This document shows positions 29,932 through 40,786 of a DNA stretch of 64,000 bases, in pieces (the stretch's first letter is position 1; each line of letters begins with the position of its first letter). The notes beneath the pieces are model-generated. The model worked only from the letters and a program-made list of their open reading frames with translations, did not search any database and had not been told where the DNA came from. Origin of the DNA: an uncultured Gemmatimonadales bacterium (GTDB lineage: Bacteria > Gemmatimonadota > Gemmatimonadetes > Longimicrobiales > RSA9); the NCBI GenBank assembly GCA_963783305.1, contig CAWAMW010000006.1, positions 96,001 through 160,000 of the forward strand, read 5' to 3'. Both the position numbers and the translations under genes were made by a program.

Positions 29932-31731
29932 ATGACGACAACGCGCCCGTCCCTCCGCTCGCCCGCCGCCGCACGCGCGGTCCTCCAGGACCACTTCGGA
30001 TTCCCCGATTTCCGCCCCGGTCAGGATCGTGCGGTCCGGAGCATCCTTGCGGGACGGGATGTCCTCGTTCTCATGCCTACCGGCGGTGGCAAGAGTCTCT
30101 GTTTCCAGGTGCCGGCCCAGGTCGGGGGTGGCCTCACGCTGGTGGTCAGCCCGCTCATCTCCCTCATGATGGACCAGGTCGAGGGTCTGAATCGCGCTGG
30201 GATTCCGGCCACGTTCGTGAACTCCACACTGGACGCCGCGGAGTCTCGACGCCGTCTGGATACGGTGGCGGCCGGTGAGGTACGGCTCCTCTACGTGGCG
30301 CCAGAGCGTTTCGCGAGTCGAGGCTTCATGGACTGGCTCGATCGACTCGAGGTGGGACTGTTCGTCATCGATGAGGCGCACTGCATAAGCCAGTGGGGCC
30401 ATGACTTCCGCCCCAGCTACATGAAGCTGGGCGCCGTCCGGGACCGGCTCGGCTGCCCCACGATGGCGCTGACCGCCACGGCCACTCCGGAAGTGAAGGA
30501 CGACATCATCGGGCAGGTCCGTCTTCGGAACCCCATCGTGGTGGCGAAGGGCTTCGACCGGCCCAACCTCCGCTGGCACGTCCTGTCCGCCGCCAACGAC
30601 GCCGAGAAGGACGAGCTGCTGGTGCGCCTGCTGTCGGACCGGAAAAACGGCGGTGGGGACGGGAGCGCCATCGTATACGCCACCACTCGCAAGAGTGTGG
30701 ATGCAGTGACCCATTTCCTGAACCGACGCGGGGTGACGGCCGGCGGCTACCACGCGGGGATCGGAGGAGGCGAGCGACAGCGGCTCCAGGAACGGTTCAT
30801 GAACGGCCGGCTGCGGGTGATCGTCGCGACGAACGCCTTTGGCATGGGGATCGACAAGCCCGACGTCCGACGGGTGGTCCACTACAACACGCCGTCCACG
30901 CTGGAAGACTATTACCAGGAGAGCGGTCGGGCGGGACGGGACCGGGAACCGGCCGACTGCGTGCTCCTGCACGCGTACGCGGATCGCTTCACCAACCAGT
31001 TCCTGCTGGAGCAGGCCCATCCCGAGCAGAAGGTGGTGGAGTCGGTCGCGCGGCTGCTGCGGATGGCGACCGCAGGGTCTCTCGCCTTCCATGGTGGGCT
31101 CGTCCTCCTCCAGGGCGATCTCTTCCGACAGGCCGCCCGCCTGGCCGGTGGCGCGGGGCGGCTCGAGGCGGTGCTCCGGCTGCTCTCCTCGAACGGCGCC
31201 ATCGCCCGCGACGGTGCCGCCACCTCCGGCTCCTGGATCCGGGTGATCGCCACGCCCGCTCGGGCGGCTGAGGCGCTGGACCGGGAGCCCACCGCCCGCC
31301 TGCTCCTGGAAGCGGTCCGCTCGGCGCTGGATCCCGAAACCGCTCATCGCTGGGCGCCGCTCCCTCCCGAGGACCTGCTGCCCGCGGTGAGTCCCTCTGA
31401 CCGCGGCAGGATCCTCGACTCCCTCAAGGACCGTGGTCTCGTGGACTGGCGGCCTCGAGGGATGGGGGCCGCCTACCGCCTCCTCGAGCCAATCTCGCGG
31501 CCCGCGCTCGGCGTGGACTGGGAGCACGAGCGCAGAAAGCACCGCTCGGACCTGGACAAGATCCGCCGCATGCAGGGGTACGCGTACCAGCAGGGCTGCC
31601 GCCGGCGCTACATCCTCCGCTACTTCGGTGAGGATGCGCCCTGGCGCTGCGGCGGCTGCGACCGCTGTATTCCCACCGACCGCCGGATCGTCCCCGGGTG
31701 GCCCGCGCCTCGACGTCGCCGGCTCCGATGA
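29932..31731 (+). CDS. recQ: RecQ-family helicase (second paralog)
   Basis: [49 protein letters not shown]. Confidence 0.92.
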   Translation: MTTTRPSLRSPAAARAVLQDHFGFPDFRPGQDRAVRSILAGRDVLVLMPTGGGKSLCFQVPAQVGGGLTLVVSPLISLMMDQVEGLNRAGIPATFVNSTLDAAESRRRLDTVAAGEVRLLYVAPERFASRGFMDWLDRLEVGLFVIDEAHCISQWGHDFRPSYMKLGAVRDRLGCPTMALTATATPEVKDDIIGQVRLRNPIVVAKGFDRPNLRWHVLSAANDAEKDELLVRLLSDRKNGGGDGSAIVYATTRKSVDAVTHFLNRRGVTAGGYHAGIGGGERQRLQERFMNGRLRVIVATNAFGMGIDKPDVRRVVHYNTPSTLEDYYQESGRAGRDREPADCVLLHAYADRFTNQFLLEQAHPEQKVVESVARLLRMATAGSLAFHGGLVLLQGDLFRQAARLAGGAGRLEAVLRLLSSNGAIARDGAATSGSWIRVIATPARAAEALDREPTARLLLEAVRSALDPETAHRWAPLPPEDLLPAVSPSDRGRILDSLKDRGLVDWRPRGMGAAYRLLEPISRPALGVDWEHERRKHRSDLDKIRRMQGYAYQQGCRRRYILRYFGEDAPWRCGGCDRCIPTDRRIVPGWPAPRRRRLR

Positions 31732-31851
31732 GGGCTGCCGACGCTACCCCGTGTCGTAGCGCCTGGTCGGCTGATAGACTGACCTCCCACGCTCCACCGA
31801 TGCGGGGTGGGCGAACGCAGCCGAAGCCGGGAGATTCATGGGGGGACGCCG

Positions 31852-33300
31852 ATGAGGGAGGTGCCGGTCCTGGACCTGGTGGTCCTTCTGCTGTACCTCG
31901 CCGGAGTGATCGCCTGGGGGATCTGGAAGGGCAGGGGCGGCCGGACCGGCCGGGATTACTTCCTCGGGGACCGGAACATCCCCTGGCCCGCGGTGCTGCT
32001 CTCCGTGGTCGCCACCGAGACGAGCACGCTGACGTTCCTGAGCGTACCCGGTGTGGCGTACTTCGGGAGCCTCGTCTTTCTCCAGCTCGCGCTCGGGTAC
32101 ATGGTGGGCCGGATCGTGGTATCGGTGGTCCTCCTGCCACGGTACTACAGCGGGAATCTGACCACCGCCTATCAGCTCCTGGAGACGACCTTCGGCCTCG
32201 GCACCCGCCGATTCACCTCCGCGCTGTTCATGGTCACGCGGCTCCTGGCCGACTCGGTCAGGCTGTTCGCGACGGCGATCCCGCTGGCGCTGCTCACGGG
32301 CTGGCCGTACACGTGGTCGATCGCTGTGATCGGGCTGGCCACCCTGGCCTATACCTACCTGGGCGGGATCAAGGCTGTGGTCTGGGTCGATGTGGTGCAG
32401 ATGGGCCTCTACCTGGTGGGCGGTGTGGCGGGGCTGGTGGTGATCGAGCAGCTCGTGGCCGGCGGGTGGGGCGACCTCTTCAGCGCCGCGGCCGCTGGCG
32501 GCAAGCTGGCGGTGGTGGACCTGTCCCTGGATCCAGGGAACCCGTACACCCTGTGGGCCGGGGTGCTGGGTGGTGGCTTCCTGACGATGGCGTCGCATGG
32601 GACCGACCAGCTGATCGTACAGCGGCTGCTCACCTGCCGTGACCTCCGCTCGGCGCAGAAAGCGCTGATCGGCAGCGGTGTGGTCGTCGCCGCCCAGTTC
32701 CTCCTGTTCCTGCTTCTGGGTGCGGCGCTCTGGGTCTTCTACCAGGGGCGGGAGTTTCCGCGCCCGGACGAGGTGTTCGCCCTCTTCATTGTCGAGCAGA
32801 TCCCCATCGGGCTGACGGGACTGCTCATCGCCGGCGTCTTCGCCGCCGCCATGTCCAGCCTGTCGTCCTCCATCAACTCCCTCTCATCGGCCGTGGCGTA
32901 CGACTTCTTCGCCCCGGCCGCTCGCCTGGACCGGGACGACCCGAGGGTATTCCGCATCGGGCGGCTGGCGACGGTGCTGTGGTCGGGGGCGCTGATCGGA
33001 GGCGCGGTGCTCTTCATTCCCCTGAGCCGGAGCTCGGCGGCCGTCGAGGTGGCGCTCGGGGTATCATCGCTGGTGTACGGCGGGCTGCTGGGCGCGTTCG
33101 CGCTGGCGCTCCTGGTGGGTCGCGGCTCGGCGCCCCGGGCTATCGCGGCGATGGGCGTCGGGATCGGCACGGTGACCTCAATCTGGCTCTGGGCCCCGGC
33201 CGCGGTGGCCTGGCCGTGGTACGTCGTGATCGGCACCGCCGTGACGGTGGCCGTCGGATGGTTGTTGTTCCGAGCCGGCTTGACGGGGCCTCCGCCCTGA
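31852..33300 (+). CDS. sodium:solute symporter (SSS)
   Basis: DYFLG.R, SVVATETSTLTF, GGIKAVVWVD, GTDQLIVQR, AAAMSSLSS.INS. Confidence 0.92.
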   Translation: MREVPVLDLVVLLLYLAGVIAWGIWKGRGGRTGRDYFLGDRNIPWPAVLLSVVATETSTLTFLSVPGVAYFGSLVFLQLALGYMVGRIVVSVVLLPRYYSGNLTTAYQLLETTFGLGTRRFTSALFMVTRLLADSVRLFATAIPLALLTGWPYTWSIAVIGLATLAYTYLGGIKAVVWVDVVQMGLYLVGGVAGLVVIEQLVAGGWGDLFSAAAAGGKLAVVDLSLDPGNPYTLWAGVLGGGFLTMASHGTDQLIVQRLLTCRDLRSAQKALIGSGVVVAAQFLLFLLLGAALWVFYQGREFPRPDEVFALFIVEQIPIGLTGLLIAGVFAAAMSSLSSSINSLSSAVAYDFFAPAARLDRDDPRVFRIGRLATVLWSGALIGGAVLFIPLSRSSAAVEVALGVSSLVYGGLLGAFALALLVGRGSAPRAIAAMGVGIGTVTSIWLWAPAAVAWPWYVVIGTAVTVAVGWLLFRAGLTGPPP

Positions 33301-33359
33301 TCGATCATGACTTTCCACCAGCCCTGAAACTTGCGAATCACCATCCGGATCGGAGCACG

Positions 33360-34427
33360 ATGACCCGTCACAGCCGAAGCCCTGGCCCGCTCCTCCTCTC
33401 GCTCCTCGCCCTGGCTCTTGCGCTGACCGCGCCTTCGATCTCGAGCGCACAGCAGTTGGAGCGGCTCTTCTACTACGTGGACACCGACGAGAGCTTCGAT
33501 AGCTTCCGGGACCATGTCGACGAGATCGACATTGTCTCGCCACCGGCCTACTCCGTGGACGGAGATGGGGTGGTCTGGGGAGAAGTGGATCCGCGCATGC
33601 TCGACCTGTCACGGGAGCACGGCGTGGCCGTGATGCCTCTCATCCACAACCCCGGCTTCGACCAGGAGATGCTGCACCGGCTGCTGGTGAACGACGCGGC
33701 CCGGGCCCGCACCATCGCGTCGCTCGTCGAACTCTGCCGTCGCCACGGGTTCGACGGGATCCAGTTCGATTTCGAGAACCTGAACATGGACGATCGGGAC
33801 GCCTTCACCGTCTTCTATCAGGAGGCCGCCCGCGCTCTCCACGATGCCGGCTTCCGCATCAGCGTGGCCGTGGTCCACCGCCCGGACGTGCTGCCGGGTC
33901 CCACGCAGTACCACAAGTGGATCTTCAAGAACTGGCGGGCCGGCTACGATCTGGAGGCGCTCGCCGCGGCGGGAGACTTCGTCTCCGTCATGTCCTATTC
34001 GCAGCATACGCGGCGGACCCCGCCCGGTCCGCAGGCCGGGCTGCCGTGGGTGAGAGAGGTCGCGGAGCACTTCCTCCAGTACATGCCGCCGGAGAAGCTG
34101 TCGCTGGGGATCCCCCTGGGCTCACAGCACTGGTACACGTCGCAAGAGGACGGAATCGAGCCCGAGCGGGCCCGATCGTACAGCCGGAGCCTGACGCACC
34201 GGCGGGCGCTCGTGCTCGTGGAGCGCTACGACGGCGAGCTGAACTGGAGCGACACCCACCAGGTCCCGTACGCATTCCTCAGCAGGGGCGGCACGTGGGA
34301 GTGGATCTTCATGGAGGATGCCCGGAGCTTCAGGGCCAAGCTGGAACTGGCCCGGGAGCTCGGCCTGCGCGGCTTCTCCGCCTGGGTCCTGGGACCAGAG
34401 GATCCGGCGATCTGGGACGCGTTGTAG
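33360..34427 (+). CDS. secreted GH18 glycoside hydrolase (chitinase/peptidoglycan hydrolase-like)
   Basis: Signal peptide; DGIQFDFE catalytic motif; VMSY; LRGFSAWVLG.ED. Confidence 0.85.
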   Translation: MTRHSRSPGPLLLSLLALALALTAPSISSAQQLERLFYYVDTDESFDSFRDHVDEIDIVSPPAYSVDGDGVVWGEVDPRMLDLSREHGVAVMPLIHNPGFDQEMLHRLLVNDAARARTIASLVELCRRHGFDGIQFDFENLNMDDRDAFTVFYQEAARALHDAGFRISVAVVHRPDVLPGPTQYHKWIFKNWRAGYDLEALAAAGDFVSVMSYSQHTRRTPPGPQAGLPWVREVAEHFLQYMPPEKLSLGIPLGSQHWYTSQEDGIEPERARSYSRSLTHRRALVLVERYDGELNWSDTHQVPYAFLSRGGTWEWIFMEDARSFRAKLELARELGLRGFSAWVLGPEDPAIWDAL

Positions 34428-34631
34428 CACCCTGGAGACGCGCCACGCTCATGCCGGGCGGGCGCCTTAGCTCGACCCGGCGGTAAGGCGATCGGCCCCC
34501 CGAGCTCCACCGGACGCGGGGATCCCCTCACCGCTCCTGCCACCGCGGGGAAGCGCCCGACTACCGCTCGGACGCGTGCTCCCGTACCTTTCAGCGTTCG
34601 AGGAATCCGACCAGCACCCTGAACGCGCTAC

Positions 34632-35852
34632 ATGCAGCCCTACCTGACCGAGGAGCACGAGCGGCATCGCCACGCCGTCCGCGAGTTCGCCGAGAGCGAA
34701 ATCGCGCCCGTGGCGAGGGAGCTGGACGAGCAGAGCCGGTTCCCATGGGACAACGTGCGCAAGATGGCCGAGCGCGGCTGGTTCGGAGTGAGCGTGCCGC
34801 GGGAGTACGGCGGACTCGGCATGGATGACCTCAGCTACATCCTGACCGTGGAGGAGCTGGCCCGGATCGACGCGAGCCACTCCATCACTGTCAGCGCCCA
34901 TTCCACTCTGGGCCTTTCGCCGATCCTGAACTTCGGCACTGACGAGCAGAAACAGCGCTACGTCCCGCTCCTGGCGGCCGGGAAGGTCCTGGGCGGCTTC
35001 GGTCTCACGGAGCCCGACGCGGGCTCCGATGCCGGCGGCAGCCGGACGACCGCCGTACGGGAGAATGGGCACTATCGGGTCAACGGGAGCAAGATCTTCA
35101 TCACTCACGCCGGCGTCGGCGAGATCTTCGTGGTCACCGCGGTGACCGACCGGGACCAGGGGACGAAGGGGATCAGCAGCTTCATCGTGACGAAGGAGAC
35201 CACGGACAGGGAGGACGCCGACCGTGTCGGGGTCGGGCACGCGCCCGAGCTCGAGCCGTTCATGAGCGGTGTGAGGGCGGCGAAGAAGGAGGACAAGATG
35301 GGCTGGCGCGCATCGGACACGCGCGAGCTCATCCTCGAGGATGTGGAAGTGCCGTCGGAGAACCTTCTGGGTGAGGAAGGCCAGGGGTTCATCAATTTCA
35401 TGAGGACGCTGGACGCCGGCCGGATCGGCGTGGGCGCTCTCTCCCTGGGTCTGGCTCAGGGCGCGTACGAGACCGCCCTCGCCTTCTCGAACGAGCGAAA
35501 GCAGTTCGGCAAACCCTTACGGCACTTCCAGGGTATACAGTTCAAGCTGGCCGACATGGCCACCCGAATTCAGGCCGCACGGCACCTGGTGTACCACGCC
35601 GCGTGGCTGAAGCAGGCGGGTCGACCGTACACGAAAGAGGCCTCCATGGCCAAGCTGTACGCGAGCGATGCCGCAATGGAAATCACCACCCAGGGCGTTC
35701 AGCTCCTGGGCGGCTACGGATACACGAACGATTATCCCGTCGAACGGCATATGCGCGACGCCAAGATCTGTCAGATCGGCGAAGGCACGAACGAGATTCA
35801 ACGCCTCGTCATCGCTCGCCAGCTGTTCGACCATGCCTTCGGCGGGAGGTGA
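34632..35852 (+). CDS. acyl-CoA dehydrogenase
   Basis: LTEPDAGSDA, NGSKIFIT, KMGWRASDT, RKQFGK, RDAKICQIGEGTNEIQR. Confidence 0.95.
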   Translation: MQPYLTEEHERHRHAVREFAESEIAPVARELDEQSRFPWDNVRKMAERGWFGVSVPREYGGLGMDDLSYILTVEELARIDASHSITVSAHSTLGLSPILNFGTDEQKQRYVPLLAAGKVLGGFGLTEPDAGSDAGGSRTTAVRENGHYRVNGSKIFITHAGVGEIFVVTAVTDRDQGTKGISSFIVTKETTDREDADRVGVGHAPELEPFMSGVRAAKKEDKMGWRASDTRELILEDVEVPSENLLGEEGQGFINFMRTLDAGRIGVGALSLGLAQGAYETALAFSNERKQFGKPLRHFQGIQFKLADMATRIQAARHLVYHAAWLKQAGRPYTKEASMAKLYASDAAMEITTQGVQLLGGYGYTNDYPVERHMRDAKICQIGEGTNEIQRLVIARQLFDHAFGGR

Positions 35853-35861
35853 ACGTGAGGT

Positions 35862-37388
35862 ATGAAGCGAGAGATTCTGATCTCGTCCACGCCGCAAGAA
35901 GCGCGCGTGGCGATACTCGAGGACGACGTCCTCGTCGAGTTCCTGATCGAGCGGCCGGACACCGGCCGCATCGTGGGAGACATCTACCTGGGGCAGGTGC
36001 AGGCCGTCCTCCCTGGCATCCAGGCGGCCTTCGTTGAGATAGGCACCGACAAGGCCGCCTTCCTCCACGCCTCCGACCTCGGCGAGGACGAGGACGACGA
36101 GGAGGGAGGGAACGGCGGGAATGGCGGCGGCGGTGGCCGTCGAAGCGCACCGCCCATTCAGGATGTGGTGAAGAAGGGCCAGAAGCTCCTGGTGCAGGTG
36201 ACGAAGGAGCCCATCTCCACCAAGGGCCCCCGTGTCACCACCCAGATCTCCCTGCCCGGGAGGTTCCTGGTCCTCATGCCACAGTCGGACCATGTGGGCG
36301 TGAGCCGCAAGATCGACGACCGCGAGGAGCGCGCCCGCCTCCGGAAGATGGCGAAGGAGCAGCTCGGGGACGAGTCGGTGGGCCTCATCATCCGCACCGC
36401 CGGTGAGGAGCTCACCAGTGAGCTCTTCAAGCGCGAGCTCAAGACGCTCCTGGACACCTGGAAGAAGACCCAGAAGAAGGCGAAGAACGTGAAGGCGCCC
36501 GCGCTCGTGCACAGCGAGGCGGGCCTCACTCGCGGGATCATCCGCGACATCTTCACCAACAAGGTCGATTCTCTCACCGTTGACGACCGCCAGGTCCACG
36601 AGGAGATCAGACATTACCTGGAGGGGATCGACCCCGACCTGATGAAGCGCGTCCAGCTCTACGACGCGCCGTTGCCGCTCTTCGACAAGTTCGGCGTAGA
36701 GGAAGCGATCCGGGAGGCGTTCCAGCGCCGTGTGGACCTGCCCTCCGGCGGCTACCTCATCATCGAGCCCACGGAGGCGCTCGTCTCCGTGGACGTGAAC
36801 ACCGGCCGCTACACCGGCAAGAAGGATCCCGAAAAGACGATCCTCAAAACCAACCTCGACGCCGCCCGCGAGGTCGCCCGGCAGCTGCGGCTCCGCGACA
36901 TCGGCGGCATCATCGTCGTCGACTTCATCGACATGGAGTCGAAGTCGAACCAGGACCGGCTCCTCCAGGAGCTCCGGACGTACCTGAACCGTGACCGCGC
37001 CCGGACCCGCGCGTTCCAGGTCTCCGACCTCGGCCTCATCGAGATGACCCGGCAGCGGGTCCGACCCAGTCTCTACTACTCGCTCACCGAGCCCTGCGCC
37101 CACTGCCAGGGCGCCGGCCGCGTCTTCACACCCGAAACCGTGGTGCGCCGCATTGAGCGCTCCCTCTTCCGGGCCGCCGCGAACGGCGATGACCGCCGCT
37201 TCACGCTCCGCGTCCACCCGAGCGTGGCGCTCCACATCCTGGAGGGCGAGTCCGACTTCCTGCGCCGGCTCGCTCGCCAGCTCGACCTCACCCTCGAGAT
37301 GCGCGACGATCCGCTCATGAAGGCCGACGAGTTCCGGATGCTCTCCGGCCCGGCGAAGCGGGACGTCACGGGGAAGTACGCGGTGTAG
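35862..37388 (+). CDS. rng: Rne/Rng-family ribonuclease (RNase G-like)
   Basis: S1 domain, KEPISTKGPR, DVNTG, LRDIGGIIVVDFIDM, C..C.G.G. Confidence 0.93.
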   Translation: MKREILISSTPQEARVAILEDDVLVEFLIERPDTGRIVGDIYLGQVQAVLPGIQAAFVEIGTDKAAFLHASDLGEDEDDEEGGNGGNGGGGGRRSAPPIQDVVKKGQKLLVQVTKEPISTKGPRVTTQISLPGRFLVLMPQSDHVGVSRKIDDREERARLRKMAKEQLGDESVGLIIRTAGEELTSELFKRELKTLLDTWKKTQKKAKNVKAPALVHSEAGLTRGIIRDIFTNKVDSLTVDDRQVHEEIRHYLEGIDPDLMKRVQLYDAPLPLFDKFGVEEAIREAFQRRVDLPSGGYLIIEPTEALVSVDVNTGRYTGKKDPEKTILKTNLDAAREVARQLRLRDIGGIIVVDFIDMESKSNQDRLLQELRTYLNRDRARTRAFQVSDLGLIEMTRQRVRPSLYYSLTEPCAHCQGAGRVFTPETVVRRIERSLFRAAANGDDRRFTLRVHPSVALHILEGESDFLRRLARQLDLTLEMRDDPLMKADEFRMLSGPAKRDVTGKYAV

Positions 37389-37597
37389 CAAAGGTTGAGT
37401 CCCTTCGCCGCCTCGGAACCCGCTGGGGCGGGTCTATGGCCCGCCCAGGACCGGGACGCCCGCGCGAGACGCCCGCGCGGAGCGCCCGTTCGTCGCTCTG
37501 CGGCGCTCAGACGTAGGCCGGCCTCGCTCGACCTTGACGAACAGACGGAATTCCCCCACTTTCCTCTGTCTGTACACGAACTGAACAAGAGCCGAAT

Positions 37598-37912
37598 ATG
37601 TACGCGATCATCCGCACGGGCGGAAAGCAGTTCCGGGCCGAGCCCGGCCAGACAATCAAGGTACCGTCCATGACCGCCGAGGTGGGGGAGACGGTTACCT
37701 TCGACGACGTTCTCGTCACCCACACCGACGACGGCGTGAAGGTAGGCGCGCCGGTGGTCGACGGGGCCACCGTGACGGGCGAGGTGGTGGAGCACGGCAA
37801 GGGCAAGAAGGTGATCGTGTTCAAGTGGAAGCGGCGGAAGAACTATCGGAAGAAGCAGGGTCACCGCCAGAAGTTCACGGCGGTCCGAATCGACGAGATC
37901 AAGGCCGGCTGA
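37598..37912 (+). CDS. rplU: 50S ribosomal protein L21
   Basis: [11 protein letters not shown]...[14 protein letters not shown]. Confidence 0.98.
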   Translation: MYAIIRTGGKQFRAEPGQTIKVPSMTAEVGETVTFDDVLVTHTDDGVKVGAPVVDGATVTGEVVEHGKGKKVIVFKWKRRKNYRKKQGHRQKFTAVRIDEIKAG

Positions 37913-37926
37913 GGGAGGAAGAAGCA

Positions 37927-38184
37927 ATGGCTCATAAGAAGGGTGTCGGCTCCAGCCGAAACGGACGCGATTCGAACCCGCAGTACCTCGGCGTGAAGAA
38001 GTACGGCGGGGAGGCGGTGGTCGCGGGCAACATCATCGTGCGGCAGCGTGGTACCAAGTTCCACCCGGGTCACAACGTGGGCCGGGGCAAGGACGACACA
38101 CTGTTCGCGCTGACGGATGGCGTGGTGACGTTCGAGCGTCGTGGGCGTGACCGCAAGCAGATCTCGGTCTACCCGGCCGAGTAG
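37927..38184 (+). CDS. rpmA: 50S ribosomal protein L27
   Basis: [16 protein letters not shown]...[10 protein letters not shown]. Confidence 0.98.
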   Translation: MAHKKGVGSSRNGRDSNPQYLGVKKYGGEAVVAGNIIVRQRGTKFHPGHNVGRGKDDTLFALTDGVVTFERRGRDRKQISVYPAE

Positions 38185-38214
38185 AAGAGGCCGGCGGGAC
38201 CACGGTTCCAGGTG

Positions 38215-38247
38215 AAGCCCCTCTCGACACTGTCGAGGGGGGCTTTT
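38215..38247 (+). terminator. intrinsic terminator after rpmA
   Basis: AAGCCCCTCTCGAC-ACT-GTCGAGGGGGGCTTTT. Confidence 0.8.
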
Positions 38248-38318
38248 CGCTGGGGGTGCTGGCCCCGAACGTGCGTGAACGCCGCACCAAATTCACGACG
38301 ATCCCCACGCAAGAGCCC

Positions 38319-38813
38319 ATGACGGATAACCCGGAAGATTACGACGATCTGGACGACCTCGATGGAGAGGTCGGCGAGCAGGAGGACGCCGACCCCCCGC
38401 GGGGACGGCGACCGGGCGCGGTGCGAAGCACGGACCTGGAGCCGTACACGGGGCTGCGCTGGGTGTCGACACTCTTCAAGGCGGCCGCAGTGTTCGTGTT
38501 CGTGGCGCTCGCCGCGGAGTTCGTGGCGGGCTTGCGGATGGCGGGCCCTACGGCGCTGCCGTCGCTGCTGGGGGAGACGGCCCAGACGGTGGTGCTGGCG
38601 GTCGTGCTATGGGGCGGTGGGGATCTGGTCAGGCTCCTGGTGGACATGGGTCACGATTTCCGGGCGCAGCGCATCCTCATGGTCCGCCTGCTGAGCCGTA
38701 CGCCGAAGCGGACCACACCGGAAGGGGCGCCGGACCGGTCGATCGACGAGGAGGCGGAGGAGCTCAACATCCACCGTGAGCAGGCGGGATCGGGGCCGCA
38801 GAGCGCGGCCTGA
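38319..38813 (+). CDS. hypothetical two-TM membrane protein
   Basis: EPYTGLRW..TLFK, two hydrophobic helices, DMGHD.RA. Confidence 0.7.
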   Translation: MTDNPEDYDDLDDLDGEVGEQEDADPPRGRRPGAVRSTDLEPYTGLRWVSTLFKAAAVFVFVALAAEFVAGLRMAGPTALPSLLGETAQTVVLAVVLWGGGDLVRLLVDMGHDFRAQRILMVRLLSRTPKRTTPEGAPDRSIDEEAEELNIHREQAGSGPQSAA

Positions 38814-38869
38814 TCGACCGGCTGACGGCCGTCCCCCTCGGGTCTCTGCCGCATCGGTTGGCGTGAGAT

Positions 38870-39118
38870 CTACTTCCGATTCCTCAACGCTCCAGCCGCA
38901 GCGTCGAGAGCACGGGTGAGCTGGTCGATGAGCTCTCGGGTGGCGGAGAGCGACAGCCCTTCCGCGCCCACCTGCTGCTTCAGCCGCCGGATCCTCGCCG
39001 CGGAGTGCTCGATGGTGGCGGCAGCCTCGCCGGGATCGAGCGGCGGCGGCTCGTCGTCTCCGAACGGGTGGACCGGCCCCGCACTCAGCTCCTCCCCATC
39101 GAACGGATTCTTGCCCAT
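38870..39118 (-). CDS. small hypothetical protein, last gene of the acyl-CoA operon
   Basis: 5 nt after the crotonase stop; helical 82-aa ORF. Confidence 0.65.
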   Translation of the reverse strand: MGKNPFDGEELSAGPVHPFGDDEPPPLDPGEAAATIEHSAARIRRLKQQVGAEGLSLSATRELIDQLTRALDAAAGALRNRK

Positions 39119-39123
39119 GACGG

Positions 39124-39903
39124 CTACCGCCCCTTGAAGTCCGGGGTACGCTTCTCGAGGAACGCGGTCACGCCTTCCGTGCGGTCCTCGCTGGAGAACG
39201 CGGTAATGAAGAGCTCGCGCTCGAAGGCCAGTCCCGCCGAGAGCGGCATCTCCGCGGCCGCGCGCACCGCCTCCTTGATCAGCTTCAGCGCCACCGGAGA
39301 ATGACGCGCGATGGACTCGGCGAGCTCGCGGGTGCGCTCTCTGAGCCGGCTGTCATCCACCACTTCGTCGACGAGGCCGATCCGCTCTGCTTCCTCGGCT
39401 CCGATGAGTTCCCCGGTGAGCACGAGGCGCATGGCGCGGCCGAGGCCGACCAGGCGCGGCAGCCGCTGCGTCCCGCCGCCGCCCGGGAGAATGCCTAGGT
39501 TGACCTCCGGCTGTCCAAGGCGGGCCGACCGGGCGGCGATCCGGAGGTCACACGCGAGGGCGAGCTCGCAGCCGCCGCCGAGGGCATACCCGTTGATAGA
39601 AGCGATGACCGGGCGCGGAAAGGCGGCAATGGCGGCGAACACGCGCCGGCCCTCCATGGCCGCCCGCTGCTCGATGGGAGTGCGGTCGGCGAACTCGGAA
39701 ATGTCTGCGCCCGCCACGAACGCTTTCTCACCGGCCCCGGTAAGTACGACGACCCGCGCGTTTTCGTCCGACTCCAGCGCGTCCAGCGCGGCGAGGAGTT
39801 CCCGCCGGACCTGGGCGTTCAACGCGTTCCGCTTTTCGGGTCGGTCGATGGTCACGGTCGCCACCCGCCCGGCGGTCTCCAACTTCAGTGTTTCGAAATC
39901 CAT
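39124..39903 (-). CDS. enoyl-CoA hydratase (crotonase)
   Basis: RPEKRNALN, AFVAGADI, GYALGGGCE, GQPE..LGI.PG.GGTQRL. Confidence 0.93.
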   Translation of the reverse strand: MDFETLKLETAGRVATVTIDRPEKRNALNAQVRRELLAALDALESDENARVVVLTGAGEKAFVAGADISEFADRTPIEQRAAMEGRRVFAAIAAFPRPVIASINGYALGGGCELALACDLRIAARSARLGQPEVNLGILPGGGGTQRLPRLVGLGRAMRLVLTGELIGAEEAERIGLVDEVVDDSRLRERTRELAESIARHSPVALKLIKEAVRAAAEMPLSAGLAFERELFITAFSSEDRTEGVTAFLEKRTPDFKGR

Positions 39904-39926
39904 GATCCCCGTCTCCCTCTGTTCCG

Positions 39927-40784
39927 TCAGTCCCAGTCGAAGAAGCCGCGCCCGGACTTCTGTCCCAGCTCGCCGGCGTCGACCTTCTCGCGCAGGATGC
40001 GCGGCGGTCGGAACGCCTCGCTGCCGAGCTCCCCATGGAGGTACTCGGCGATGTGGAGTCGCACGTCGAGCCCCACGAGGTCGGTAAGCCGGAGCGGGCC
40101 CATGGGATGGCGGTAGCCCAGGGTCATGGCCGTGTCGATGTCGGCGGGGGAGGCCACGCCCTCCTCGACCATTCGCATGGCCTCGAGTCCCAGCGCCACC
40201 CCCAGCCGCGACGACGCGAAGCCCGGAGAGTCCTTTACCACGATGGGCTCCTTCCCGAGCCAACGCGACCACGCGACGGCCCGCTCGACCACCGCCTCAT
40301 CCGTGTCCGCGCCACGCACGACCTCCACCAGCTTCATGATATGGACGGGGTTGAAGAAGTGAAGGCCGAGGATACGCCCCGGTCGCTCCATCCCCTCCTG
40401 GAGCCGGGTCACGCTCAGGCTGGACGTATTGGACCCCAGCAGCGCATCAGGGGGCGCGCCGCTCTCCAGCGTCCGCAGCACCTGCCGCTTCAGGTCCATC
40501 CGCTCGGGAACGGCTTCCACGGCCAGAGCGGCCTCCGCGGCCGCCCGTGCCGCGTCGGTGTCCGCGTGGAGGCGCCCGAGAGTGGCGTGGCGCTGCTCCG
40601 GCGACACCTTCCCGCGCTCGACGCCGCCATCGAGGTTGGCGCGGATCCGATCGAGCCCCTCCTGGACGAGGGCTTCGGTTCGGTCGACGAGCGTGGTCTC
40701 GGCGCCGGCCATGGCGGCGATCTGGGCGATCCCGTGGCCCATGGTGCCTGCGCCGACCACGACCACGCTGCGTGGAGCCTCCAC
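39927..40784 (-). CDS. 3-hydroxyacyl-CoA dehydrogenase
   Basis: GAGTMG.GIA, EAVPE, SNTSS, LHFFNP, HPMGPL..D.VGLD; GTG start 40784. Confidence 0.93.
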   Translation of the reverse strand: MEAPRSVVVVGAGTMGHGIAQIAAMAGAETTLVDRTEALVQEGLDRIRANLDGGVERGKVSPEQRHATLGRLHADTDAARAAAEAALAVEAVPERMDLKRQVLRTLESGAPPDALLGSNTSSLSVTRLQEGMERPGRILGLHFFNPVHIMKLVEVVRGADTDEAVVERAVAWSRWLGKEPIVVKDSPGFASSRLGVALGLEAMRMVEEGVASPADIDTAMTLGYRHPMGPLRLTDLVGLDVRLHIAEYLHGELGSEAFRPPRILREKVDAGELGQKSGRGFFDWD

Positions 40785-40786
40785 GA

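Noticed and set aside
28042..31731. 1229-aa ORF suggesting a giant RecQ fusion
   Set aside because: The first 630 codons are the antisense of the other recQ and the DUF4235 gene; RecQ similarity starts at ATG 29932.
37389..37597. Structured RNA or L21 leader upstream of rplU
   Set aside because: GC-rich hairpins are unspecific, and a promoter-like TTGACG-17-CACTTT close to the gene leaves only a short leader.
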